From a virus (Duplodnaviria; Caudoviricetes), in the IMG/VR virus record IMGVR_UViG_3300033073_000160, positions 32,001 through 96,000 of that record: a stretch of DNA of 64,000 nucleotides; one strand, given 5' to 3'. Of this stretch, positions 25,451 to 34,024 are shown one piece after another. Within the stretch, counting starts at the first letter, position 1. Each line of letters opens with the position of its first letter. Under the pieces are notes generated by a model that saw only the letters and a program-made list of their open reading frames with translations, did not search any database and was not told the DNA's origin. The position numbers were made by a program, and so were the translations under genes.

Positions 25451-25794
25451 TGACTCCACAAATTCCAGCAGAAGGCATCCTTAAACGCAACGATTGGGGC
25501 GATTCTAAAATGTATCAAGTCGTCTGCGGATGCGGGCAACCCGATCACGATCATAATGTTTGGATAGAAGCAGATGATGGCAACATTAGTGTCACTATAT
25601 ATGTCACTGCTAAAAGCAAATGGTGGGAATTAAATCGGTTTAAACAACTGTGGAGTTTGCTCAGTAAGGGCTATATCAAATGTGAAACTGATGTTATAAT
25701 GTCAGAGCAGCAGGCCATTAACTATGCGGAAACATTAAAGTCTGCGGTTAACGATAGTAAAGAATTTAGGAAAAAAAGAAATGTCAAAAATTAA
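25450..25794 (+). CDS. hypothetical protein with a CxC...H motif
   Basis: VCGCGQPDHDH possible Zn site. Confidence 0.65.
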   Translation: MTPQIPAEGILKRNDWGDSKMYQVVCGCGQPDHDHNVWIEADDGNISVTIYVTAKSKWWELNRFKQLWSLLSKGYIKCETDVIMSEQQAINYAETLKSAVNDSKEFRKKRNVKN

Positions 25795-26635
25795 AATCGC
25801 AGAATTATTTTATTCAATCCAAGGTGAGGGGCGCTATATGGGTGTCCCTTCGGTGTTTCTGCGCACATTTGGCTGTAACTTTAAGTGTGCCGGCTTTGGT
25901 ATGCCTAAAGGAGAGTTAAGTAATGAAATTGAACCTATTGCACAACGTATTGCAGAATTTAAAAGTTATGAAGAGCTTCCGCTTGTTAGCACAGGTTGTG
26001 ATAGTTACGCTAGTTGGGATCCTCGTTTTAAAGATCTCAGCCCGATGCTTACAAGCGATGGCATTGCAGAACGTATCTGCGAAATCCTTCCGTTCAACGA
26101 GTGGCAAGATGAGCACTTGGTAATCACAGGCGGTGAGCCATTACTTGGTTGGCAACGTGCTTATCCGGACTTGCTCAATCATCCTAAGATGAAGAACTTA
26201 AAAGAGATTACGTTTGAAACTAATGGCACTCAAAAGCTAACTCCAGAATTTAAAGAATTTTTAATTGAGTGGCAAATGCCGCATGTAGATTTTACGCCCG
26301 AAGTTACGTTTAGCGTCAGTGCTAAACTAAGTTGTAGCGGAGAAGCAAGACACGAAGCAATTCGTCCAGACATTGTATGTGAATATGAGGAGGTTGGCTA
26401 CACTTACCTTAAGTTTGTAGTAGCAACAGAAGAAGATGCAGAAGAAGCAATTGAAACAGCAGACATTTACAGAGCCGAAGGGTTTACAGGACCCGTTTAT
26501 CTTATGCCAGTTGGTGGGGTGGAGTCTGTTTATACTCTTAATAATCGCAGGGTCGCTGAACTAGCAATGAAAAATGGCTTACGCTATTCAGATCGTTTGC
26601 AAGTTCCATTATTTAAAAATGAGTGGGGAACATAA
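25781..26635 (+). CDS. queE: 7-carboxy-7-deazaguanine synthase (radical SAM)
   Basis: ELFYSIQGEG, FLRTFGCNFKC...GCDS, ITGGEP, ETNGT, R.SDRLQV.L. Confidence 0.92.
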   Translation: MSKIKIAELFYSIQGEGRYMGVPSVFLRTFGCNFKCAGFGMPKGELSNEIEPIAQRIAEFKSYEELPLVSTGCDSYASWDPRFKDLSPMLTSDGIAERICEILPFNEWQDEHLVITGGEPLLGWQRAYPDLLNHPKMKNLKEITFETNGTQKLTPEFKEFLIEWQMPHVDFTPEVTFSVSAKLSCSGEARHEAIRPDIVCEYEEVGYTYLKFVVATEEDAEEAIETADIYRAEGFTGPVYLMPVGGVESVYTLNNRRVAELAMKNGLRYSDRLQVPLFKNEWGT

Positions 26636-27090
26636 TGATCAAAAAACTTTTTAGAAAAATTACAGGACTCGAGGCACTAGATAATGCCAAAGAGGCAGCA
26701 TTAGAAGAAGCAAGAGCAGCCGTTAAACTTGCGGCACAAGCGCAGGCTGAATTAGAAGCTGCCAAACTAGCAGAGGAGCAGGCAAAATTAAGCCCAAAAG
26801 AGCGTGCAACTGCCCAAGGGATGCCTTATGTAGCTGTTTTAGATACGCACGTAAATAAGGATAACATCCGTAATGGCTTCTTTGAGCTTGACTGGAACGA
26901 GGAATTTATTATACAATTAAAGGCAGCAGGGTATGGCTTTGACGGCGACCCTGAAGAAGAGATTGTAGATAGATGGTTTAGAGATTTGGCGGCTAATATG
27001 CTAGTTGACGAAGGAATGGACCCGTCTAGGCATACAGCAGGTTTTATTAACGTTGTTCCATTATCAAAAAATAGATCAGAGGTTTCATGA
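26635..27090 (+). CDS. conserved-looking hypothetical phage protein
   Basis: ATG at 26635; GFFELDWNEEFI...IVDRWF. Confidence 0.7.
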   Translation: MIKKLFRKITGLEALDNAKEAALEEARAAVKLAAQAQAELEAAKLAEEQAKLSPKERATAQGMPYVAVLDTHVNKDNIRNGFFELDWNEEFIIQLKAAGYGFDGDPEEEIVDRWFRDLAANMLVDEGMDPSRHTAGFINVVPLSKNRSEVS

Positions 27091-28106
27091 CATATATTCT
27101 AGTTGATACAGCTAATACGTTCTTTCGTGCTAGACATGTAGTTCAAGGTGCTGCCGATATTAAACTTGGCATGGCGTTTCATATTACATTTAATAGCATT
27201 AAGAAAGCGTGGAACGACTTTGAAGGCAAACATGTTGTGTTCTGCCTCGAAGGTCGTTCGTGGCGTAAAGACTTTTATAAACCTTATAAAGCTAATCGTG
27301 CTGAAAGCCGTGCGGCTATGACTGTTAAAGAACAAGAAGAAGATAAATTGTTCTGGGAAGCATTTGATGAGTTTAAAAAGTTCATTAGTGAAAAAACTAA
27401 TGTAACAGTCTTGCATCATCCGCAACTCGAAGCTGATGATTTGATTGCGGGCTTTATTCAAATGCATCCAAATTCACAGCATGTAATTGTTAGCACAGAC
27501 AGCGACTTTCACCAATTACTAGCATCAAACGTAAAACAATATAACGGTGTTGCCGACGAGACTCATACTATTAACGGCATCTTTGATAAAAAGGGTAAGC
27601 TAGTTAAAGATAAGAAAACAGGCGAACCAAAAGTTGTTCCAGATCCAGAATGGATTCTGTTTGAAAAGTGTATGCGAGGTGATAGTAGTGATAACGTGTT
27701 TAGTGCATACCCCGGCGTTAGAACTAAAGGCACAAAAAATAAAGTTGGGCTCACTGAAGCGTTTGAAGATCGTAAAAGCAAAGGCTTCTCTTGGAACAAT
27801 CTCATGCTTCAGCGTTGGACAGATCACAACGGCGAAGAGCATCGCGTTCTAGAAGACTACAATCGTAATGTCACTTTAGTAGACTTATCAGCACAACCTG
27901 CAGAAATTAAGCAAATTATTCGTGAAACTATAGATAGCGCAGCCGTTCCTAAAGATGTAACACAAGTAGGCATTCGTATGCTTAAATTCTGTAATACATG
28001 GGACATGAAAAAGATTGCTGATAACATTCAGCAATACGCAGAACCGTTCCAATCTAAATACCCAGAGACAGATGTTACATGGCGAAAACTTACACAGGAA
28101 ATTTAA
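27087..28106 (+). CDS. 5'-3' exonuclease / T4-type RNase H (FEN superfamily)
   Basis: LVDTAN, WRK..Y..YKANR, EADDLI, STDSDFHQL, GDSSDNV. Confidence 0.9.
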   Translation: MTYILVDTANTFFRARHVVQGAADIKLGMAFHITFNSIKKAWNDFEGKHVVFCLEGRSWRKDFYKPYKANRAESRAAMTVKEQEEDKLFWEAFDEFKKFISEKTNVTVLHHPQLEADDLIAGFIQMHPNSQHVIVSTDSDFHQLLASNVKQYNGVADETHTINGIFDKKGKLVKDKKTGEPKVVPDPEWILFEKCMRGDSSDNVFSAYPGVRTKGTKNKVGLTEAFEDRKSKGFSWNNLMLQRWTDHNGEEHRVLEDYNRNVTLVDLSAQPAEIKQIIRETIDSAAVPKDVTQVGIRMLKFCNTWDMKKIADNIQQYAEPFQSKYPETDVTWRKLTQEI

Positions 28107-28107
28107 A

Positions 28108-28590
28108 ATGACAGAGATTCACGCAAAACCAATTATTGATGGCAAGTTTTGGATAGTTGAACAAGACGGAACTAAGGTTGGATTACTACATAAAAAAGAA
28201 AACAATAAATTTATGTTGAGTTCCACCGAAGGTGAGATTATGTTTAATAAAAAAGATGACTTAACTAAAAAGTTTGGTAAGGGATTCTTTTTAAAAAATA
28301 CTAAAGTAAAAGTTAGTGCAACCGAAGAAGATAAAGAATGTCACGGCTTTCCTACAAGTTGCACACCTTATAATGCAATGTATGATGTTAGAAGACGGCT
28401 TCCTCTTTTTACAAAAAGTGATAAGTCGAAGAGTCTATACTGCGCAGGTTATTATGTAATTAAGTTTGATAAAGGTTGGGTTAAATCATTTTGCCCTAAG
28501 GCTATTACAATTGAGCGCTATCCATTTAAAGGTCCGTTCACTAGCGAACTAGAAATGAAGGTAATGTTAGCAAATGCAAAATCAGATTAA
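28108..28590 (+). CDS. hypothetical protein
   Basis: ATG at 28108 after AGGA; SKSLYCAGYY, SFCPK, GPF. Confidence 0.7.
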   Translation: MTEIHAKPIIDGKFWIVEQDGTKVGLLHKKENNKFMLSSTEGEIMFNKKDDLTKKFGKGFFLKNTKVKVSATEEDKECHGFPTSCTPYNAMYDVRRRLPLFTKSDKSKSLYCAGYYVIKFDKGWVKSFCPKAITIERYPFKGPFTSELEMKVMLANAKSD

Positions 28591-28819
28591 TTTAACACCC
28601 ATACAGCAATTCATACAGCAAGTTAGAAGTGCAGAACTAACTAATGCTAAACAAATTACAATGGATATGCAAAAGGCAAGATTATTAACTCTTGCCTTAA
28701 CAGAGTGCATTGATAAGATGAATAGAGACTGGGAAACATTATATCATGCACTTAAACAAAGTGCAAATCCTTCAGTTATTAGTGTTGAAATGGATGGTGG
28801 TGGTTTCGAGGACAAATAG
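28574..28819 (+). CDS. hypothetical protein
   Basis: 81 aa, ends MDGGGF. Confidence 0.65.
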   Translation: MQNQINLTPIQQFIQQVRSAELTNAKQITMDMQKARLLTLALTECIDKMNRDWETLYHALKQSANPSVISVEMDGGGFEDK

Positions 28820-28820
28820 A

Positions 28821-28854
28821 GATAAATATATACGTATATTTCTGGACGTATATA
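28821..28854 (+). promoter_or_regulatory. late-type promoter GATAAATA overlapping an RBS-sequestering inverted repeat
   Basis: tatatacgt (28827-35) / acgtatata (28846-54) directly before the ATG at 28855. Confidence 0.55.
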
Positions 28855-29139
28855 ATGAGCAGACCGAAACCAAAAGTGTTATTAGAGAACATTAATAAAA
28901 AGACTTACAAAGCCGAACAGATTTTGGAAGCAGATGCCATTTGGGCGGTCTTCTACAAGGGCGAACCTTTTAACTTAAAGTCATTTAATAGTCTCACCAG
29001 CTATCCCGGTCCTAAGTATAAGAAAGTATCTTTTAGTAACCCGGGTCATGCACACAATCTTGCCAAGAAATTAAATCTAACATTTGGATCACAGGATTTC
29101 CAAGTAGTTAAATTAACCCAAGGTGAAATTATAAAATGA
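28855..29139 (+). CDS. basic hypothetical protein
   Basis: 94 aa, MSRPKP...GPKYKKVSFSNPGHA. Confidence 0.75.
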   Translation: MSRPKPKVLLENINKKTYKAEQILEADAIWAVFYKGEPFNLKSFNSLTSYPGPKYKKVSFSNPGHAHNLAKKLNLTFGSQDFQVVKLTQGEIIK

Positions 29140-29546
29140 TAGCCCGAGATACATTGACTAAAATATTTTTAGCACAATGGGGTAAGGGCACAGATGATAC
29201 TAACGTAAAGTTATACTCGCGGACTTGGTGGCAGTCAACGAGGGTAGGTAAACAAAATGCCTATCGATTAAGCGAAGCAGGATTTGAATTCTTAACTACA
29301 GAATTAGATCTTAAATGCTACGAAATTCCATTTACAGAACAAATTGAATTGAGTCCTCAAACTATTGTGTTTTTGGAAAGATACGTAGACTGCCCATATT
29401 TTTTAACTAGCCAAAGTATCACAGTATTCTCCGAACGAAAGAGCTTTGAGCTAATGTTGTTTTCAGACGACATTCGCCGATTTGGGCTAGTTAAAGCGAT
29501 GACTGAACGCCAAAAAGAAATGGATAAGCTAGCCCAAAACTCCTAA
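29136..29546 (+). CDS. hypothetical protein
   Basis: 136 aa, RLSEAG wing-like motif. Confidence 0.7.
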   Translation: MIARDTLTKIFLAQWGKGTDDTNVKLYSRTWWQSTRVGKQNAYRLSEAGFEFLTTELDLKCYEIPFTEQIELSPQTIVFLERYVDCPYFLTSQSITVFSERKSFELMLFSDDIRRFGLVKAMTERQKEMDKLAQNS

Positions 29547-29554
29547 AAAAGTTG

Positions 29555-29583
29555 TTGACTGCGGTAGCAAAGATGTGTATAAT
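29555..29583 (+). promoter_or_regulatory. sigma70-type (early) promoter
   Basis: TTGACT-17 bp-TATAAT with an upstream A tract. Confidence 0.85.
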
Positions 29584-29626
29584 AGACACATAGACAGCAA
29601 TTTTTAACTTTTTACACGGAGTATAT

Positions 29627-30715
29627 ATGAGTGAAGTTATTTCCCGCACAGTAGGCCCTAAGGGCGCCAAAAAAAGTCTGCGCAAGGCTTTTAAAAATAA
29701 ACGCCCGGTGTTCCTGTGGGGGCCTCCCGGTATTGGTAAATCGGACATTATCAAGCAGTTGGGTGCAGAGCTTGACGCTCATGTAATTGACGTTCGTTTG
29801 TCTCTTTGGGAACCTACCGATATTAAAGGTATCCCGTATTTTGATAGCAATACAGGCAAAATGGTTTGGGCTCCTCCGCTTGAACTTCCTGATGCCGAGC
29901 TTGCATCCAAACATAAGCAAATTATCCTGTTCATGGATGAAATGAACTCTGCGGCACCTAGTGTGCAGGCGGCGGCTTATCAGTTGGTGCTGAATCGTCG
30001 TGTTGGCACATACGAGCTTCCAGACAATGTTGTAATGGTTGCCGCTGGTAACCGCGAAACTGACAAGGGTGTTACTTATCGTATGCCTGCTCCGTTGGCT
30101 AACCGTTTCGTTCACTTGGAAATGACAGTGGATTGGGATGACTACTTTGAGTGGGCTACTGAGCAGAAGATTCATAAGGACGTAGTTGGTTTCCTTACTT
30201 TCTCTAAGAAAGATCTATATGACTTTGATCCGAAGTCAAGCTCACGTGCATTTGCTACTCCTCGCTCTTGGTCGTTTGTTAGCGAGTTGCTTATTGACGA
30301 CGACACTGACACAGACACTCTTACTGACTTAGTTTCTGGTGCAATCGGTGAAGGTCTTGCTGTTAAGTTTATGGCTCACCGCAAAATTGCATCCAAAATG
30401 CCTAACCCAGAAGATATTCTGAGCGGCAAAGTTAAGAAGATGGATTCAAAAGAAATCTCTGCAATGTATTCTTTGACTGTTAGTCTGTGCTACGAACTCA
30501 AGGATTCAAACGATAAGAAGGCTAAGAACTGGAACGATCAAGTTAACAACTTCTTCGAGTTCATTATGAACAACTTTGAAACTGAGTTAGTTATTATGGG
30601 CACTAAATTGGCGTTGTCTAGCTACAAACTGCCGCTGGATCCAGACGAGATTGCTTGTTTTGATGACTTCCATGCAAAATATGGCAAGTATATTTCGGCT
30701 GCAACTGAAAAATAA
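29627..30715 (+). CDS. MoxR-like AAA+ ATPase
   Basis: Walker A GPPGIGKS, Walker B LFMDE, AAGNR, PLANRF, TPRSW. Confidence 0.9.
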   Translation: MSEVISRTVGPKGAKKSLRKAFKNKRPVFLWGPPGIGKSDIIKQLGAELDAHVIDVRLSLWEPTDIKGIPYFDSNTGKMVWAPPLELPDAELASKHKQIILFMDEMNSAAPSVQAAAYQLVLNRRVGTYELPDNVVMVAAGNRETDKGVTYRMPAPLANRFVHLEMTVDWDDYFEWATEQKIHKDVVGFLTFSKKDLYDFDPKSSSRAFATPRSWSFVSELLIDDDTDTDTLTDLVSGAIGEGLAVKFMAHRKIASKMPNPEDILSGKVKKMDSKEISAMYSLTVSLCYELKDSNDKKAKNWNDQVNNFFEFIMNNFETELVIMGTKLALSSYKLPLDPDEIACFDDFHAKYGKYISAATEK

Positions 30716-30731
30716 ATTGGTATAGCACCAT

Positions 30732-30760
30732 TTGACACCGCCCTGGGGCGGTGTTATACT
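30732..30760 (+). promoter_or_regulatory. sigma70-type promoter whose spacer is a GC-rich palindrome
   Basis: TTGACA-17 bp-TATACT; acaccgccc-tg-gggcggtgt at 30735-30754. Confidence 0.8.
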
Positions 30761-30787
30761 ATATACTATAGCAAATAAGGAATACAA

Positions 30788-31990
30788 ATGGCACACGCAG
30801 ATCCAATTATTGATAAAATTATTGTAGCACGAGTCGGCTTGCTACTTCGCCATCCATTCTTTGGCAATATGGCTACTCGCCTTAAAATTGCAGATGGCAG
30901 TGACTGGACTACTACTGCGGCTACAGATGGTCGCACCATCTACTTCAATCGAGACTTCTTTAGTCCGTTGACTACTAAACAAATCGAATTCGTTATTGCA
31001 CACGAAATTATGCATAATGTGTTTGATCACTTGTCGCGTCGTGAAAGCCGTGACCCTAAACTGTTTAACATTGCTGCCGACTATTGTGTTAACGGACAGT
31101 TGGTGCGTGACCGCATTGGCGACTTGCCTCCTAAAGAGCTTAAAATCTTCCACGATACCAAATACTACGGTAAAAGTGCAGAAGAAATTTATGACGAGTT
31201 GTATGATCAATACGATGACGAGCAGTTGCAAGCACTAGGTCGCTTGCTCGATGACCACGTTGATTGGGGTAACAGCAACGGTCAAGACGGCAATGGACAA
31301 AACGGTAATAAGCCTTCTTATACCAAAGAAGAACTTAAACAGATCCGTGACGAAATTCGCGAAGCTACTATGCAGGCAGCGCAGGCTGCTGGTGCAGGTA
31401 ATGTTCCTGCAAACATTGCTCGAATGATTAAAGAGTTGACCGAGCCTAAAATGAACTGGCGTGAAATCTTGCGTCAGCAAATCCAAAGCACTATTCGCAA
31501 CGACTTTACATTCCAACGTCCTAACCGTAAAGGTTGGCATATGAGTGCAATTTTGCCTGGTATGAATTATGACGAGACAATTGATATTTGTGTATCAATT
31601 GATATGTCAGGATCTATTGGTGACGAGCAGGCTAAAGATTTCCTAAGCGAAATCAAAGGCATTATGCAAGAGTATAAGGATTTTAAAATTAAACTCTGGT
31701 GCTTTGATACTAGTGTATACAACGAGGCAGACTACGACGGCTACTCAATGGACGAGTTCGACGAGTATGAACCTCAAGGCGGTGGTGGCACCGAGTTCGA
31801 TGCAAACTGGGAATACATGAAAGAACGTGATATTCAACCTAAAAAGTTTATCATGTTTACTGATGGTTACCCATACGGTAGCTGGGGCGATGAGAACTAC
31901 TGCGATACTGTATTCATCATTCACGGAAACAACACGATTGTTCCGCCATTCGGTGAGTATGCTTACTACGACAATTCCGATGCAACTTGA
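30788..31990 (+). CDS. HExxH metallopeptidase-like plus VWA domain protein (DUF2201-type), MoxR partner
   Basis: TAATDG, AHEIMH, NIAAD, MIDAS DMSGS, GGGGT, FTDG. Confidence 0.88.
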   Translation: MAHADPIIDKIIVARVGLLLRHPFFGNMATRLKIADGSDWTTTAATDGRTIYFNRDFFSPLTTKQIEFVIAHEIMHNVFDHLSRRESRDPKLFNIAADYCVNGQLVRDRIGDLPPKELKIFHDTKYYGKSAEEIYDELYDQYDDEQLQALGRLLDDHVDWGNSNGQDGNGQNGNKPSYTKEELKQIRDEIREATMQAAQAAGAGNVPANIARMIKELTEPKMNWREILRQQIQSTIRNDFTFQRPNRKGWHMSAILPGMNYDETIDICVSIDMSGSIGDEQAKDFLSEIKGIMQEYKDFKIKLWCFDTSVYNEADYDGYSMDEFDEYEPQGGGGTEFDANWEYMKERDIQPKKFIMFTDGYPYGSWGDENYCDTVFIIHGNNTIVPPFGEYAYYDNSDAT

Positions 31991-32528
31991 TTTAGATTCA
32001 TTTAGCAGTGGTCAAGTAGAAAGTAAGTTGTGGGCGGCCGAGCATTTAGAACAATGCATTAAACAACATAATATCGGCCCTCTAGATATGTATATTCTAG
32101 GGGGCTGGTATGCCCTACTACATTTTATATTACAAATTAGACAACAAGTTACAATTAATAGTTGTAGGAGTTTTGATTTAGATCCGAGTGCGTGTTCTAT
32201 GGCAAATGTTATTAATAATACTTGGGAATCTAAAAACTGGGCATTTAGAAGTTTTCCTCAAGATATTGAAACAATAGATTATCCCTTGCACGTTAACTGT
32301 GTAATTAATACGAGCACAGAACATATTAAATCAAACGAATGGTTTGATCGTATTCCTAAAGGCACCCTGTGCTTGATTCAGTCAAATGACCTAGTGCATA
32401 TTGATCACATTAATACAGTTACTAGCACCTCAGAACTAAAACAGAAATATAATCTTTCAGAGTATTATGTTGAAGATAGCAAAGCTATGGGCACATACAC
32501 AAGATATATGATTATAGGTAAGAAATAA
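31980..32528 (+). CDS. class I SAM-dependent methyltransferase-like protein
   Basis: ILGGWY glycine loop, SFDLD acidic motif, INTSTEH; ATG at 31980. Confidence 0.55.
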   Translation: MQLDLDSFSSGQVESKLWAAEHLEQCIKQHNIGPLDMYILGGWYALLHFILQIRQQVTINSCRSFDLDPSACSMANVINNTWESKNWAFRSFPQDIETIDYPLHVNCVINTSTEHIKSNEWFDRIPKGTLCLIQSNDLVHIDHINTVTSTSELKQKYNLSEYYVEDSKAMGTYTRYMIIGKK

Positions 32529-32815
32529 TGGCGTTAAAAAACGGAAAACCTAATGCTCTAAATTATTTTAATCTACGAAGAGTAGAATTTAGCGCACCAC
32601 ATTTTCGGTATACAACAATAGACAAGTATAGTCCAAATTTAGTAAGATCGTTAGACGAATGGATTAAGCACAATCTCAACGGTCGATATTATATAGGGCA
32701 ATCGCTAACGCTAGACCATACAAACACAATAGTGTATATAACCAAGATTGGATTTGAAACTGAGAAAGAACTCAGTTTCTTCAAGATTGCCTGTCCTGTT
32801 TTAGAAACAAGATAA
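32528..32815 (+). CDS. hypothetical protein
   Basis: 95 aa, TAATG-coupled. Confidence 0.7.
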   Translation: MALKNGKPNALNYFNLRRVEFSAPHFRYTTIDKYSPNLVRSLDEWIKHNLNGRYYIGQSLTLDHTNTIVYITKIGFETEKELSFFKIACPVLETR

Positions 32816-32846
32816 ATTATACTATAGTTTTCGATAAGGAGAATCT

Positions 32847-33065
32847 ATGACTGAACAAGTAGAACAAACACAAGCTCAAGCACCAGCTACAGAAGGTGCT
32901 GATTTAAACATTAACGACCTAAACGCAATGAAGGTTATTATTGATATTGCTAGCTCACGCGGTGCATTTAAACCAAACGAAATGGTAGCAGTAGGTCAAA
33001 CATACACAAAACTAACTACCTTCTTAGAAAGCGTATCTAAGCAAGCCGAGGGGGCAAAACAATAA
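32847..33065 (+). CDS. hypothetical protein
   Basis: 72 aa, AAGGAG SD; IDIASSRGAFKPNEM. Confidence 0.75.
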   Translation: MTEQVEQTQAQAPATEGADLNINDLNAMKVIIDIASSRGAFKPNEMVAVGQTYTKLTTFLESVSKQAEGAKQ

Positions 33066-33703
33066 TGGCTCAAGAAACCAAACACGTAGGTCGGATTGTT
33101 AAGACCGGTAAAAAATGTATTGTAGTTTTTAGAACGCTTCCTGGCGATTCTGACCGTTGCTTAATTGTTCCAACTGAAAATTTACCAGATAGTTATCATG
33201 ATTCGCTCATGAATTTAGTCGAAAGTAATGCAGGACAATATGCATATGAGTTCGGCGAAGTAATGGCTAGAACACAATTTCCAGACGGTAGTATTATGTT
33301 AGCGGCACTACATGTCCAACAACGTATGGCTAGTGTAGGAACTAGTGAAGTTGAAATGATTCCTAGTCCAGGTGCTTCGATTATTCTATCAGAATTGAAT
33401 CAGTTAATTGCAGAACAACGCGGTGTAACAGTTGGCGACTTAGCTATTAAAGCCCCGACTCCTAATCCAAACGTTGAAGTAACCGAAATTGGTTCGGCGC
33501 ACGATATTAGCCCTAAAGTAGGTGAAGACTTACATAAGACTGTGGAAGAGCGTAAAGCAGAAGCAGTTAAGGATGCAACTCCTTTGTCGCCAGAAGACCA
33601 GGCTAAAAAGTTTCGTAGTGATGCAGATCGCCTAAGTAAAGAAGCAGCCGAATTACGTAGACAAGCTGAGGCACTAGTTCCAACTAAGAAAAAGGTAGCG
33701 TGA
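33065..33703 (+). CDS. hypothetical protein
   Basis: 212 aa, C-terminal coiled coil. Confidence 0.75.
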   Translation: MAQETKHVGRIVKTGKKCIVVFRTLPGDSDRCLIVPTENLPDSYHDSLMNLVESNAGQYAYEFGEVMARTQFPDGSIMLAALHVQQRMASVGTSEVEMIPSPGASIILSELNQLIAEQRGVTVGDLAIKAPTPNPNVEVTEIGSAHDISPKVGEDLHKTVEERKAEAVKDATPLSPEDQAKKFRSDADRLSKEAAELRRQAEALVPTKKKVA

Positions 33704-34020
33704 CACAGGCAGGCAAGTCGCTCCCAAAAGATGTAATAGCGCACTGGCCTGAAGTATTTGGAGAAGTAAAACTTAATGTTCTACCCTTACGGTATCTTCA
33801 TGCGGTGCTATTAAATTTTAAAGACGGAAAAACTTGGGAAATAAAAATCACACGACAAGTCAGAAATGGTGGGTGGGAAGCCTTTGAAAAATCTATTTCT
33901 GAGTTGGTAAAGAGCTATGAAGAAAAACTCGATAATGTAGACTTTAAATTAGACACTAATCGAGTTAAGAAAGACATAGAAAAAAATACTGAACGTTTTT
34001 TAAATCGAAAGCTAAAATAA
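33700..34020 (+). CDS. hypothetical protein
   Basis: 106 aa, GTGA-coupled; HWPEVF. Confidence 0.7.
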   Translation: MTQAGKSLPKDVIAHWPEVFGEVKLNVLPLRYLHAVLLNFKDGKTWEIKITRQVRNGGWEAFEKSISELVKSYEEKLDNVDFKLDTNRVKKDIEKNTERFLNRKLK

Positions 34021-34024
34021 ATAT

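Noticed and set aside
30732-30760. Resemblance to lambda CI/Cro operators (CACCGC half-sites)
   Set aside because: Half-site spacing is wider than the 17-bp lambda operator, and there is no repressor or lysogeny gene in the window.
1217-31980. Longer upstream starts in the ORF track (1217, 2787, 14033, 17393, 19951, 22019, 24050, 24927, 26623, 28015, 31827)
   Set aside because: Most overlap upstream genes or use weak codons without an SD; the downstream ATGs have an SD, stop-start coupling or the shared N-terminal motif and were used instead.
143-33744. Numerous minus-strand ORFs (e.g. 6603-7364, 29612-30175) and short alternative-frame plus-strand ORFs in the left half
   Set aside because: They lie on top of well-supported plus-strand genes, lack recognisable motifs, and read as antisense or frame shadows.
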